A DNA stretch of 64,000 nucleotides. Origin: Felis catus (Eukaryota). This document shows positions 1-12,277 of this stretch, one piece after another. The stretch is taken from the NCBI RefSeq assembly GCF_018350175.1, contig NC_058368.1, positions 127,474,001 to 127,538,000 of the forward strand. The letters run 5' to 3'. Within the stretch, counting starts at the first letter, position 1. Each line of letters begins with the position of its first letter. The notes under the pieces are model-generated. The model made no database searches, was not told the origin of the DNA, and saw nothing but the letters and a program-made list of their open reading frames with translations. The position numbers and the translations under genes are program-made.

Positions 1-13
1 ACTATGAAGGGCT

Positions 14-273
14 GGGGGCACCTGGTGGCTCAGTCAGTTAAGCATCCGACTTCTGCTCAGGTCATGATCTCATGGTTCATGGGTTCAAGCTCCACATTGG
101 GCTTGCTGCTGTCAGTGCAGAGCCTGTTTTGGATCCTCTGTCCCCCTCCCTCTGCCCCTCACCTGTGTTGTCTCTCAATTTCTCCCTCTTTCTCTTTCTC
201 TCAAAAAAAAAAAAAAAAGAGAGAGAGAAAAAAAAGAAAAAGAAAAGAAAACTCTGAAGAAAAAGAAAAGAAA
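14..273 (+). mobile_element. Can-SINE (SINEC_Fc-type) inserted in an LTR16A-like LTR
   Basis: GGGGCACCTGGTGGCTCAGTC head, CT-rich linker, A-rich tail; TSD actatgaagggc (1-12) / actctgaagggc (274-285); tail carries a ~23-bp tandem duplication. Confidence 0.93.
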
Positions 274-455
274 ACTCTGAAGGGCCAACCCAGCTTCAGA
301 ACTCTCTATTGGGTCTGCTGAGGCCTGCTTAGCAACTGTATTACAGACCAACTTTTTCTTCTCCCTCCTCCCCTGATTCTGCTTTCTTCCCTCTCCTCCC
401 AGAGGTGGTAGTCAAGACTCTTAGAGTCTGCTTCTCAGGAAACCCAGTCTGTGAA
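274..455 (+). mobile_element. ERVL solo LTR 3' part, LTR16A-like
   Basis: ACTCTGAAGGGCCAACCCAGCTTCAGA...GCTGAGGCC...AGAGTCTGCTTCTCAGGAAACCCA resembles recalled LTR16A 3' half. Confidence 0.65.
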
Positions 456-1639
456 TGAATCACATTAAGAATACCCACTTAGTCCCTGCTTCTGACCATT
501 CATTCTTTGTAAGAGTTTACTATTTAAACTGAGCCCCTGAAAAAATGAACTCTAGACATGTCCAGTTCTCCATATTTTCCCTTATGTACACCTCCGCTGA
601 TATATCACCTACGCATTCACACATACCAGCAGAGATTCTTTGCTTGAACAATAGGTTTGTGTTGCCTGCTCAGGTTATGTAGTGATAAGTACATAAAATA
701 GGCTAAGAGAGAGCTTTCCCCATGCAAAACAAATAAAACTCTTATAACAAATATTGATAACTATATAAAATAGGTATCAACAGTAATATAATCGAGAGGT
801 ATGCATTTCACTGTGGCATTTTTAACTTCCTTATTATTGTGCATTTGTTTGATAGTAGAGATCTCAGACTTTATTGCCTACCCATTTTTTTTCTCCCCAG
901 AAAAGCAATTATAAACCTTGACTCTTCAACCATTCTTCAAATCTCTAGACTTCCATCAATTTGAGGTCAGGAAATACTCATTTAAATACAGAAATTCAGA
1001 GCTACTTCTATGTTCATTTTTTTAAAAAAAAATCCGTTGTGGAAACTGTCAGAAATGTAAATGCAATTGGTTGACAAACAAGAGATGCTGTTTTCCCTTA
1101 TTTGTTAAGCCAGTGATTTGCTCATGCCCAGGAAGCTAACTTAGATAGTATTCCATGATATATAAATACCACTTATCTGACTCTGCTTATTCAAAATAAA
1201 TTCATGGATATTTAATAATAGTAATTAGAATTGAAGTGTCACATTCTAGAAACATTTCACTGAAAAAAAGACACTTTATGGAAATATCAATTTTTAAAAC
1301 TGAAAGATATAATCCCACATTTCAAAACTGAAGCTAGCAAAATACATCCATTGGTTAGGTTCCCATGGCTGCATATTGAGCTGACTATTCTTTAATTAAA
1401 TGTTAAGCCAAAAAAAAAAAAAAAAGGAGGGGGGGGGTCTTAAAGGCAGTGATTAAATATGAGAATGTAATGGGAGTATACATTCTGTTCCTGAGAGATC
1501 ATCTGAAACTACAGTGAATGTGCTATTTGTTGTAAGGAGGTGGAGCAGTGTAGAAATGCTAAAGACTATAGGTAGAACATACCACTCTATAGGAGTGGAA
1601 ATGGAATTAGAAGTCACAGAAATAGAAGAGAATGAGGGA

Positions 1640-1845
1640 GGGGCACCTGGGTGGCTCAGTCGGTTAAGCATCCGACTTCGGTTCAGGTCATGATCTCGCA
1701 GTTTGTGAGTTCGAGACCCACGTTGGGCTCTGTGCTGACAGCTCAGAGCCTGGAGCCTGCTTCGGATTCTGTGTCTCCTTCTCTCTCTGCCCCTCCCCAA
1801 CTTGTGCTCTGTCTCTATCAAAAATAAATAAAATATTTAAAAAAA
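1640..1845 (+). mobile_element. Can-SINE (SINEC_Fc-type)
   Basis: Full head GGGGCACCTGGGTGGCTCAGTCGGTTAAG, B-box-like GAGTTCGAGACC, (CT)n, AATAAA tail. Confidence 0.96.
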
Positions 1846-1944
1846 GAAGAAGAAGAAGAAGAAGAAGAAGAAGAAGAAGAAGAAGAAGAAGAAGAGGAGG
1901 AGGAGGAGGAGGAGGAGGAGGAGGAGGAGGAGGAGGAGGAGGAG
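1846..1944 (+). repeat. Compound microsatellite (GAA)16(GAG)17 grown from the SINE tail
   Basis: Directly counted, uninterrupted. Confidence 0.97.
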
Positions 1945-2465
1945 GGAGTTCATACATACAAATCCTTCCTATTAGTAATTCGGCCACCGAGGATTCACTC
2001 CAACACTGCACTTGCCCTAATCTTGTCTAAGAAAATGCTTCAAAATCACAGAGGCAAAGAAGAGTTCCTTCAAATGTACATGCAACTGTAATTCTTCTAA
2101 ATTAATTTATCACAATAGCAATGTATGGGGAAAAGAGTTCAAGAGGAATGGAGAGGGAGGAAGAAAAAAAAAATGACTGTCCTCACAATGCATTTCTCAA
2201 AGCCTGCTGGTTCCAGAATGGAATATATTGTCATACGGTAAAAAGTTGAGGGGTACTCATCTATTCACTACCACTGGTCATCCACTCTTGACAAAAGCAT
2301 CAGTTTCCAGGCAAGCTTTGTAGTTTGGAATGCTTTGTTAATAAAACCATCTCTTATTCTGTCTGTGTTTGCCGATTTGTATCAAGTAAGCTCATGACTG
2401 GCTCCTCTCAGAACTATTGGTAGAGTCATTGGGGAGGGTTCACTACATAGGAAAATTGTTCTGTA

Positions 2466-3045
2466 TTTTTTAACAGTTTTATCAAGACATAATTCAAGTA
2501 CCACACAATTCAGCCACTTAAAATATACATTTCAATGGCTTTTAGTACATTCACAGACTTGTACACCCATCAGCATAGTTTTAGGACACTTTCATTATTC
2601 CCAAAAAGAAATCTTTCACTCCATAGACATCAATCTCCAATCCCCCATGCTCCCTCCAGCACTATATAACCACTAATATACTTCTTATATCTGTAAGTTT
2701 GTCTATTATAGGTCTTTCATATAAATGGAATCATGTAATATGACATTCTGGCTTCTTTCACTTAGCATGTTTCCCAAGTTCATCCATGCAATAGCATGTA
2801 TTAGTAGTAAATAAATTTTGTTGTTAAATAATATTCCATTATATGGATAACATATTTGTTTATCCATTCATCAGTTAATGGACATTTGGACTATTTCCAC
2901 TTTTTGGCTATCATGAACAATGTTGCCATGAACATTCATTTACAAGTTGTGAGAACACATGCTTTCAATTCTTCAGGGTATATACCTAGAAGCATAATTT
3001 ATAGATCACATGTTACCTCTGTGTTTAATCATTTAAGGACTGGCT
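2466..3045 (-). mobile_element. L1 3' end, L1MB-like
   Basis: Antisense L1 hallmarks: TTTCATATAAATGGAATCAT, TTTATCCATTCATCAGTTAATGGACATTTGG, GGGTATATACCTAGAAG. Confidence 0.85.
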
Positions 3046-3439
3046 GTGTTCTATATCATTTCCAAATTCTTCTAATATGATACAGTTTGCTGCCCCATGT
3101 CTTAGCCCAAAGCTCTGAGTTAAAATGGCCTTGGCTGTTCCATAAATTAACACGGTAAGTGCTTAATATCCTAGACATTCACTAGATGTGGAATTGGAAC
3201 AGCCTAAGTCTTCCTCATCCAACATACCATATATTATCAATAAATATTAAGTTTAAAAATTCCTTGAGGATAGAAGCATATAATGATAGATTTCTTATAA
3301 CAGTACCCTGAATGTTATGCATTTGTTTTGGACTTTCAATATAAAAACACTTCGGAAAAATAATGTCACCACTAATAAAAATGGGCAGTATCTTACATTT
3401 ATGTAGTATTCTAAAGTTTATCAATAACTTTAACCTGAA

Positions 3440-3605
3440 CATTATTCATTTAACCCTCATGACATTTAAGTTAAAAATTCTCCTCTTGCAGAGATGAGAA
3501 AACCATCAAATTCAAATAGGCTAAGCAGCTTCCAAATATTAAATAGCTAGTGACAGAACTGGGTAGGACTTGATCCCAAGACTCCAAAGTTCAAGTGTAA
3601 ATACT
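3440..3605 (-). mobile_element. MIR fragment
   Basis: ATTCATTTAACCCTCATGACA...AGATGAGAAAAC...ATAGCTAGTGACAGAACTGGG antisense MIR core. Confidence 0.6.
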
Positions 3606-3694
3606 TTCCATTATATGTATTTCAGTAAAAGAACTCCAAGCTATGCCCGTTTGTCCAATCTCCTCTTTTCCTTTCTTGTCTACGTCCCCTGCCT

Positions 3695-3990
3695 CCCACA
3701 CATGACACATAATACTCAAACCACATGCTCAATTCACACACATGCATACACAACACACATACACATGCACCACACACACCACAAACACATATATACATAC
3801 CTCACATTCACCCCGCACACACCAACACCTCACAAACACACAGAAGAAAGATGCTCCCCCATACACGCTCCACACTATCATACACACAAAAGTTTCATGC
3901 ACATGCCATTCAATATATACCCATACACACAGACCTCACTCACAATGATACCTAACACATACATGCAAGCAACTCACACACATGAACACA
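3695..3990. repeat. Degenerate CA-rich low-complexity tract
   Basis: Imperfect (CA)n/(CACAT)n; explains the His/Thr-rich ORFs. Confidence 0.9.
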
Positions 3991-4289
3991 GATCACAAGG
4001 CTGTAGGCCAAGTTCCCTGGAGAAAGGACACACTGTGCTAAGGGGACCTGCTGCACTCCCTCTTGACCTTTCTTCCTCCAGGGCTGCCCAGGTAAGCAGA
4101 GTCCAGGTGTGCAATCTCTCTTGCCAGAAAGTACCACTGAAGTCCATGTGTCATGGGTGACAAGAAAGCAATTAGAGCTAAAAATTTGGATATGGGCTCT
4201 AGGGACAGAAGACATCCCCCCTCAGACCAAAACTGTATGTGGGATGCATCGGAAGATGCATTAGAGATTTATTAAACTTCTATACCTCG

Positions 4290-4420
4290 GTGCCTTTATT
4301 ATGATAACAATAGGACCTATCTCCTACAGCTGTTGTAAGGCATAGGTGCAAATACTCTGCATAAAATTCTAAGGACAGAGTAAGGGCTAAATAAATGACA
4401 GCTACTGCTACTATTATAAT
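4290..4420 (+). mobile_element. MIR 3' fragment
   Basis: ATAACAATAGGACCTATCTC...TGTTGTAAGG...AATAAATGACAGCTACTGCTACTATTAT. Confidence 0.55.
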
Positions 4421-6544
4421 TATTTTCATCCCCACAAAATACATACTTAAAATTATAGTTGCAATATACATTTTCTTATTTTTTCCCCTCTCTTGCCAAT
4501 AAGTGGACATTTTCATCACCAAAAACTTAAGGATGCTCCTGCTTAAAGCTCAAATTAATCTATAACACTAAACAGGTGAAAGTTTTAGATTAAATTTCTA
4601 TTGAAAAATATATTTTATCATTTACTTCCTAAAACATAATTGCAACTTTATTTTTTTATCTGATGTATATATTATATGGGGTACATAAATGGTATAATAC
4701 ACATGTTATATAATATATCCCATCTAATTATTTAACTCAATGATGAGGATTGAGATTTGTGTGCTGATCTACTTGTATTTAGATTCATCCAGAATATTAC
4801 TCAATAAAATCTTCTTCCTTCTTCCAACTGGTTTACCCACATGTCTTTAGGTCATAACAGCAGATTTATAAAGCAAATATAAGGATAAATCTTCTTCATG
4901 CCAAAGAATGCTAAAACAGTGTGTGTGTTACAATAAGGTTTTTTCTGAATCATACTTGTATTATATAATCATTTTCTAACATACAGCAATCTAAATTTAA
5001 TCAGTGTCTGTGTTACTCCCCTTGGCAAATTAATATAGCCCTTATAATGACAAACATAAAAATATCTGAATTACTTTATTACTTTAAAATGCACATTGGC
5101 TTTTACACCCCCCCCCCAAGTATCCTTATAAACAGGTTTAGGGGAAATTTTAAATTATTCTTTCCTATATTATTCTTTGCTGTATCATCCTTTGCTATAT
5201 TATTCTTAATAACTGTTGAGGTAGAATCAACACATAAGAAAAATAATTACAAATACCACTTATTAAAAATAAAACAAAAAATACCACCTCTTGTTCGTTT
5301 ACTCTATGCCAGGTATAAAAGTAATCAGTTTTAAAATACATCATATGATTTAGTCCTTAACAAATTAAAAATTCCAGGGCACTGGAATTCTCAGTTCTGC
5401 TGAATTTAAACCCCGAGCTTTGAGACTGTCTACTTTCTATCAACTACCTAAGAGCCCAAAGTGGATGGCAAGGTTTTCAAATGGGCCACTTGGTGTTTGA
5501 TATTACCTGAATGACTCCACTGGTTCATAATTACAATGCCAAGGCCAAAGATTCTCTTTTACTGCATGGTTTACGAACTTTTTTTTTTTTTTTTAGAAAA
5601 TGTTGATGCTACTTCAATATTTTAGGGCCAGCCCTCACTGTACACTCAAAAGCTACAAACTCCAGGGGAGATCTCGATGCTAGGAAAGGATGGGTTTGAA
5701 TAAAAGCAAGTTTTGCAAATTTCAAATATATGTCTGATGGAGGGAAATTGATTAGAGTGAATCACTTAGGTGGATGAACAAACTTACTGGTTCCTCCTTG
5801 GCAAACATAAAGTATATGCTATCTTGGTCTTTCTTTTTGAGAACTAGAAGAGAATCTGTAACAGCAGAAAGAAAGCCCTAAAAAATGACCATGTCTCACA
5901 AAAGTTGAAAGAAGCAGGAAGAAAATACCTCTAAAGCTAAGCAGTTAGGATCAGAGTGTCAGTAAAGAGAAGTGACTAACTGCATTTTGAATTCTTCTGA
6001 AACTAGCTGAATGGGGAAAACTATGACAAAAACCAAAACCACAAGTGAGAAATGCTTTTATTCTCCAAGTGTAAATTCTAGGCCTCCCTAGTAGTAATGT
6101 TATAGGGAAGGGATTGAGAGTCTTAACAGGTAAGGAGTCTGAAAGACAGGCTATTCAAAAATATTCTTTTTACTTAGTACTTTGTTCCAACTATGTCCCT
6201 CATCTGACAGTGTTCAACTATATTAACATCTGTATCAAACTGCCTAAAGAATTTTAACCATATTGGAATAACTCCTTTATTATAATGACCCTTTCTCACC
6301 CATCAATGGATGAGCCTTCTCTTCTAGTGTATACAACATGGTCTGAACCACACTGTGCATCCTTAGGTTCCATATGCATCAAGAGATGGGTAGAGAGAAG
6401 ACTCCCTGTCCCTTGCAAGTGTCTCATAACAACTAGATATTTAAAAAGAAACCAAAACAATGAATCATGTCAATAACATCTGAAAAAAAAGCAGGAAAAA
6501 AACCCAATGAAATAATAATCTTTAATTTCAAACCAAGACATATA

Positions 6545-6547
<3 letters not shown>

Positions 6548-6595
<48 letters not shown>
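6548..6595. repeat. (GA)24 microsatellite
   Basis: Directly seen. Confidence 0.97.
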
Positions 6596-6600
<5 letters not shown>

Positions 6601-8253
6601 TAAATAAAGGAAGTTGTTTTAAGTATAGTTTCCATAAACACTAATGAAAACTCTGAAAAGATAAAATTTTATCTGAAGTCCAAAGGAAAAACGACTTCTG
6701 TGTACCAAACACTGGACAGAAAGACTTCATTAGAATAAAGTAGAATCACCTCCAAAACCACTTACTTTTATTTATTTTTTCTGCCTCAAGGACAAATGAC
6801 CATGAGAACTCTTTTCCCTTTTTCTAATTTCTTCTTTCCAAAAGCAATTTATTCTCTAAAATTAAACAGCCACCAGACTAGAGAACAGGTCCTATTTTAG
6901 GGTAACTGAAACCGACTGTATATTTGCCTCTTTAAAAAATTAGTGCTGTGACTCAATTCCTATCAGGCTTTGTGTTCTAGGATGTCTGGAATCCAAACTT
7001 CAAGGATGGAGAATCCTACCCAGAAAAAAAGATGCTAAATTGGGCTAGAAGGTTACTTTATATTTTGATGTATAGATTTAATTTAACAAAAGCTAGACAA
7101 TCAGCAAGGTTGAATACATGAATTATTGAATAGGCCACATGGTCACATGCATGGGACAAAAGCTGCCAAAACAGTGTTCAAAGCAAGTTCTCATAAATTT
7201 TGAGTATTGTAACCACATCCACACTGCAAATTCGTATTTTAAAAGATGTCACTTATTATTTCTTCAAGCTTAAATCCACCACTCTAAGATCATAATGCCT
7301 AGAGTAACCCCTGCTGGCCAGTCTACTTTATGGCTAACACTGAAGGATACAGGAGAAAGGAGCACTTCACTGACACAATTGTACCCACAGGAGACGGAAG
7401 AGTGTTCCAACACTGCATTCAAGTGCAATATTATTACCTATTTTCTTATTTTGTCACCTAGCTTCTGCAATGATCCTCCTGAGGGTCTTAGCATGTTTCG
7501 CCTTTATGAAGTCAAGTTTTAATACACGTATTAGAAATGTAAAACTGCTGGCAATATAAATAATGTTTAAAAATCAACAGATAAAATTAATTTTGCTCAA
7601 ACTAAATAGCTTTTCCTTAGAATTTCTTTCTGAAGAGGTAAAATTTTCCAATGATGTTCAAAAACTTCATTACCTGCTCCAAGTTAAGAGGCAAGACAAG
7701 GCAAAGAATGAATTCAGTGAGGGTCTGTCATCACAGTGCTAATTTACATGGCAAAAATGAACAGGAGGTAAGATAAGCAACATGTTGACATATCCAGCTC
7801 ACACACCCTGCATTTTGTCTACCTGCAAAGTGGCATATACGACTCTGTGTTTTGCATAAACAACATGCAAATGCCCCTCTTTATTGCATGCTCTGGTTGC
7901 CAGTAACTGACTTGTACTTTCTGAGCAAAAATTCAGTAAATAAACTCATACATAAGGGATTTACCATGCAAGCCCATTAGCTTTCTGTATCAAGATATCC
8001 AGAAATGCAGCAGCACCCAGAGTCTAGAATAAATCACACGTACAGCTATATTCTCACTTCTTCCTGGCTCGCTATATCTCTCTTGCCTTCCTTTTACGTC
8101 TGTACAAATCAGATTAAAATGAACTATGGGTGGTTCATTTTAGATAAGAAGATGCAAAGGAGCAGTGTAGTACAGGAGAAAGCAGGGAGCTGGGGATAGG
8201 CATTTTGGCTCTTCTGTCTGCTCAGGGCTGCTCTATTTATAAACATTACAAAC

Positions 8254-8679
8254 TGTGGTAGATCGCATTATTGTTCCCAACAATTCACTCCTCTCTCTGT
8301 AAGAACATTTGCTGACTGAACCCCTAAGCCTTCTGGTAGAGGAGATAGATATACTGCTTTGCCCTGTTGTCTGGTTGGCCACGAACTTGCTTGGCTCAAT
8401 GAAAAGCGAGTAGAAGGGACAGTATGTCATTTCAGAGGAAAAACTCCAGGAAGCATCACGTGCTTATACCAGCCTCTTGCTCTTTTCCCTCTACCACAAG
8501 AACAGCGTGCCCCATGTAGGAGTCATTCCTTTAGCATACATCCCAGAATGAGAAGACACATGGGGCAGAACAGCCCGCTAGCTATCACCAACGTGTAATA
8601 AAACAAGAGATACAAGTCTGGAATTTTAAGCCACTGAGATTGGTCACTGCTTGTCATTATAGCAAAGCTGAGTGCTACA
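8254..8679 (+). mobile_element. MaLR solo LTR, MLT1I/J-like
   Basis: TG...CA termini; TGTGGTAGATCGCATTATTGTTCCCAA start and TTTAAGCCACTGAGATT...AGCAAAGCTGA..TACA end typical of MLT1. Confidence 0.8.
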
Positions 8680-9024
8680 TAATTCTTTATCTAACTCTAA
8701 GAAAGATTAACAAAAGAATAGCACTGGCTTAAGGGACCTGCTTCGTCTCTCCAGTAACTCTCATTTTCTTTGGGCATTAGACTGAGAGTCCATCAGGCTT
8801 GGTTTGGTGGCTTGATGACAGCAACAGTAGCAATGGAATGATTATCGACTCTCCCGCTGTTCCCTGTAGAAAGTTTCACTGAACCCTGTCCTCCACTTTT
8901 TTTTTCAAGGAATCTAATGGTCCAGCCCACTGAATTAATGGGAAAAACAAGAAAATACTTCACATAGAATTATTCTACATCATTTCAGGGGAAATCCTGG
9001 GCAATCCAAATTTGTCTTTGAAAA

Positions 9025-9075
9025 TCTTACCTGTCAATGGATAAGGTACAAAAGGAGAAAGAACAGGTATATGCA
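9025..9075 (-). other. Candidate recursive splice site 2 (3'ss fused to 5'ss), junction 9031|9030
   Basis: Minus strand CCTGTTCTTTCTCCTTTTGTACCTTATCCATTGACAG|GTAAGA; no AG for 93 nt upstream (9125-9033). Confidence 0.4.
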
Positions 9076-10700
9076 ACATTTGGACATCATTTTGTTGCCA
9101 ACGGTGGAGCATATGGAATGATTATCTGTAGCCTTACTTGCACTGACCCTGAATATCTGTTGTTTGTCAAAACAGTTTGAATACTTTTAATTTTGGTTTT
9201 CCACACATATGATCAGATTACTCACAGTTTACCTCTGAACAACAGATTTAAAACAAAAAGTCATGAGAATTAAACACCATTAGTGCACTGAGGTTGTTAT
9301 TCCTAAAATAATTGTATAAATTCAAAACAAACAAAAAAAGCAATCTTTTAAGGAAAATGCATTTACTGTCTTTTAAATAGCATCTAAAAAAACAGGTAAA
9401 TCAGCCGCAATGAAAAGAACTTAATCAGATACCCATTAATTTATATTTTTAATTTCATAAAATTTCATATGTCAAACAATGGAGTAAACGTGAAAAGACA
9501 GACAGAGGCAGAGCAGAGTTGAGTACTGAATTCCAGAAAGATAACCTTTACCTTTGCTATTTATTATTAATTTTCTTCCTTTCAAAATAGGGTTTATCAA
9601 TAGCAGATATTTCTATTTCTACTGAAACCCATCTATAAAGAAGGCATTATATCTACAAACAAACAGACATCTAGGATTCTTTATAAATGATTAATTTCAA
9701 TGGAATGTGCCCTAGGCTTAAAGGAAGTATTTATTACAAGCCAGTGCTTCATATTAAGCTTTGCTGTTTGTCTCCCTAATACTTCTAGAATAAACTTATT
9801 GATTTCTTATTCACTTACATAGAAAATAAGTTTTAGAAATTACCCATTTTCTAATTTCCACTTATATTTTCAATTAGAAAAAAATTTAGGTCTTTTCTTT
9901 GCCACTTGAAAAAAAAGAATAATCATTTTATTTAATCTGTCTGAGGCTTGCTTGGTTATATTTTGATATTTCTAACTATTTATATTTTTCTGAGCAAATG
10001 AACTATTTCACCATATGTTCAATCTCCCACGTAGTCTCCTAAATAATGGTATCTATGAAGCAGAATAATTTATTTATAAATGAATTGCATTTCCAGTATC
10101 ATTGCTGGCAGCATACTCCTGAACAACTGCTATGGAGACAGAAAAGTATCAAAATATACAGCGGAAATTTGAGCCACATCGAGCCAGTGGCCTGACAAAG
10201 GTTAACAGGATAACGTAACATCCAGTTCTGCTTCTTTTCTTACGTCTGCCTCATCTCAACACATATGCAGGAAATGTCTCCTATTTGCCCCCTCCTTCAT
10301 ATCCTAAAGAGGATGTTCTGCTTTGTTTTAAAATTGAAGCCAAAGTAACCAATGTTTCCCTGTTTTTAAAAGCATTTCCTTCATTCTGATGCACGTTAGT
10401 CATTATGTTGAAGAAGCTTGGTAGAGTCAATGAAAATTCTGATGTGAATACCAACATTATATTCTTTGTTGCTCTCTCACTAAGTTCCCAAGGACTGACG
10501 TATATAAAATGCTAAAGAACCCCACACATGCATTTTATCCCACATTCCATCCAAAAAAATTTAAATCTTTGTTTCTTGATATTTTTGTGGGGAGAATGGT
10601 GTAGATATTTCATGCCACAGAATGGCTGTCATGTTGGTCCAACTGAGCTCACAACACAACCAAATCCGTGAGTGACTAAGGTGTCATGGATTAATACATT

Positions 10701-10752
10701 TATTTTGACAAGTACCAATCATTTAATATTTTGACAAGTGCAAATCATTTAA
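10701..10752. repeat. 26-bp tandem duplication
   Basis: tattttgacaagtaccaatcatttaa / tattttgacaagtgcaaatcatttaa. Confidence 0.9.
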
Positions 10753-10766
10753 TAACAGCTTCATAC

Positions 10767-10957
10767 TTTTTTTTTTTTTTAATTTGAGAGTGAGAGAGAG
10801 CAAGCAGGGAAGAGGGTCAGAGAGAGAAAGAGAATCCCAGGCAGATTACATGCTCAGCACGGAGCTCAATGTAGGACTCGATCCCATGACCCAGGGATCA
10901 TGATGTGAGCCAAAATTAAGAGCTGGATGCTCAACTTACCGAGCCACCCAGGTGCCC
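10767..10957 (-). mobile_element. Can-SINE, older short subtype
   Basis: Poly(T), (GA)n, AGAATCCCAGGCAG...GAGCCACCCAGGTGCCC. Confidence 0.92.
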
Positions 10958-12057
10958 TCACTTTCGTACATATTATTTTAGTTTAGTTTTGGGAAGTAGT
11001 CAACATTCAGTTCACCAATAGCTTTATCTTCTGTGCTAAGAATTTAGATTTTATCTAGTAGCCCCTGAAACCTATTGAAAGACTTTAAACATTTAGTTTC
11101 ATTTCAGAAAGATTTATCTGATAGGCATAGAGCAATAGTGTCCAAAATGAGTTACACACATGATAGAGGGTAGTCAAGGCCATCCCCAGGGTATGAGAAG
11201 AAATTATGAGAAGTGTGTATGTGCACATATATATACACAAATATATGTGTTTGTGTGTATATGTGTATATAATCTTAGTTAATTGTGATTTTTATTTAAA
11301 ATTTTACATACATTACCTGTATATAATATTTAAATTCATACCTAGCTAAACAAATATATTCGTTCAAGTACAATCTTTTCTCTTTCCTTTTCTGATGACA
11401 TATGCAATCAAAAAGTTTAAAAACTATTAACAAATGAATCAAAAGCAAAAAGTTAGTGAGGGACCCATGAAAATAGTCCAAATAAGAAAACACAACAAGG
11501 GCCTGCATGAAGACATCAGAAATCAAGAAAAGACACAAGATACTTGCATATTTTTTATGAGAAAGAAGTAACAATGCCATCCCATAAGAAATGTGAAGAG
11601 AGAAGATAAAGGAGAATGAGTCTGGGGTGCAAGTTAGATGGTTTGATGGAGCTTAGACTCAAGGAGAGACTTACCAAGTGGGTGCCCTACACTTGGGAGT
11701 TATAAACAAAGATTGTTGTTTTGGTAAAAAGTTTGAGGGAAACTATACCAGATAGGGAAAGATGCACAGAGAAAAATAAATGGTTAAATCTCTAAACCCA
11801 TCCTTGTCTACCTCTACCATAATGATTCAGTTTTATCTATGTTATATATTGGATTTTTATATAATATTTTTGTTTATAAGAAGGGATTCCCTGGATTTTA
11901 AATGAAATAAAATTAGAAAATTACTGCTATATGTTTCAGTACCTAAATCTGAGAAATCAACACTTAAGGGCAGGGAAAAACATGCAAAACATAATTAATG
12001 TCTGTAAATAAAGATCATGAAACTAACCTATTTATGCTTAAAAGAAACCAACTTTTT

Positions 12058-12277
12058 TTTTTAATTTTTTTTTTCAACGTTTATTTATTTTTGGGACAGA
12101 GAGAGACAGAGCATGAACGGGGGAGGGGCAGAGAGAGAGGGAGACACAGAATCAGAAGCAGGCTCCTGGCTCTGAGCCATCAGTCCAGAGCCTGACGCGG
12201 GGCTCGAACTCACGGACAGCGAGATCGTGACCTGGCTGAAGTTGGACGCTCAACCGACTGCGCTACCCAGGCGCCCC
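12058..12277 (-). mobile_element. Young Can-SINE (SINEC_Fc-type)
   Basis: CpG-rich; perfect TSD AGAAACCAACTTTTT (12043-12057 / 12278-12292). Confidence 0.97.

Noticed and set aside
1453..2011. Poly-Pro/poly-Leu and Arg-rich ORFs
   Set aside because: Translations of the SINE and (GAA)n(GAG)n; the same peptides (RGRERGRHRIRSRL, WVAQSVK..TSAQVMIS) recur in ORFs over many SINEs here.
3570..4160. 196-aa His/Thr-rich ORF (longest in window) and overlapping ORFs
   Set aside because: Product of a CA-rich low-complexity tract; starts at a non-ATG codon inside a MIR; no recognisable domain.
6120..6136. Plus-strand CAG|GTAAGG (also TAG|GTAAGA at ~38712 and minus-strand CAG|GTGAGT at ~50303)
   Set aside because: No adequate polypyrimidine tract; consistent with chance matches.
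11130..11930. Possible hAT element ends (GCAATAGTGTCCAAAATG ... AAATTAGAAAATTACTG) around an L2-like interior
   Set aside because: Too degenerate to assign family or boundaries by eye.
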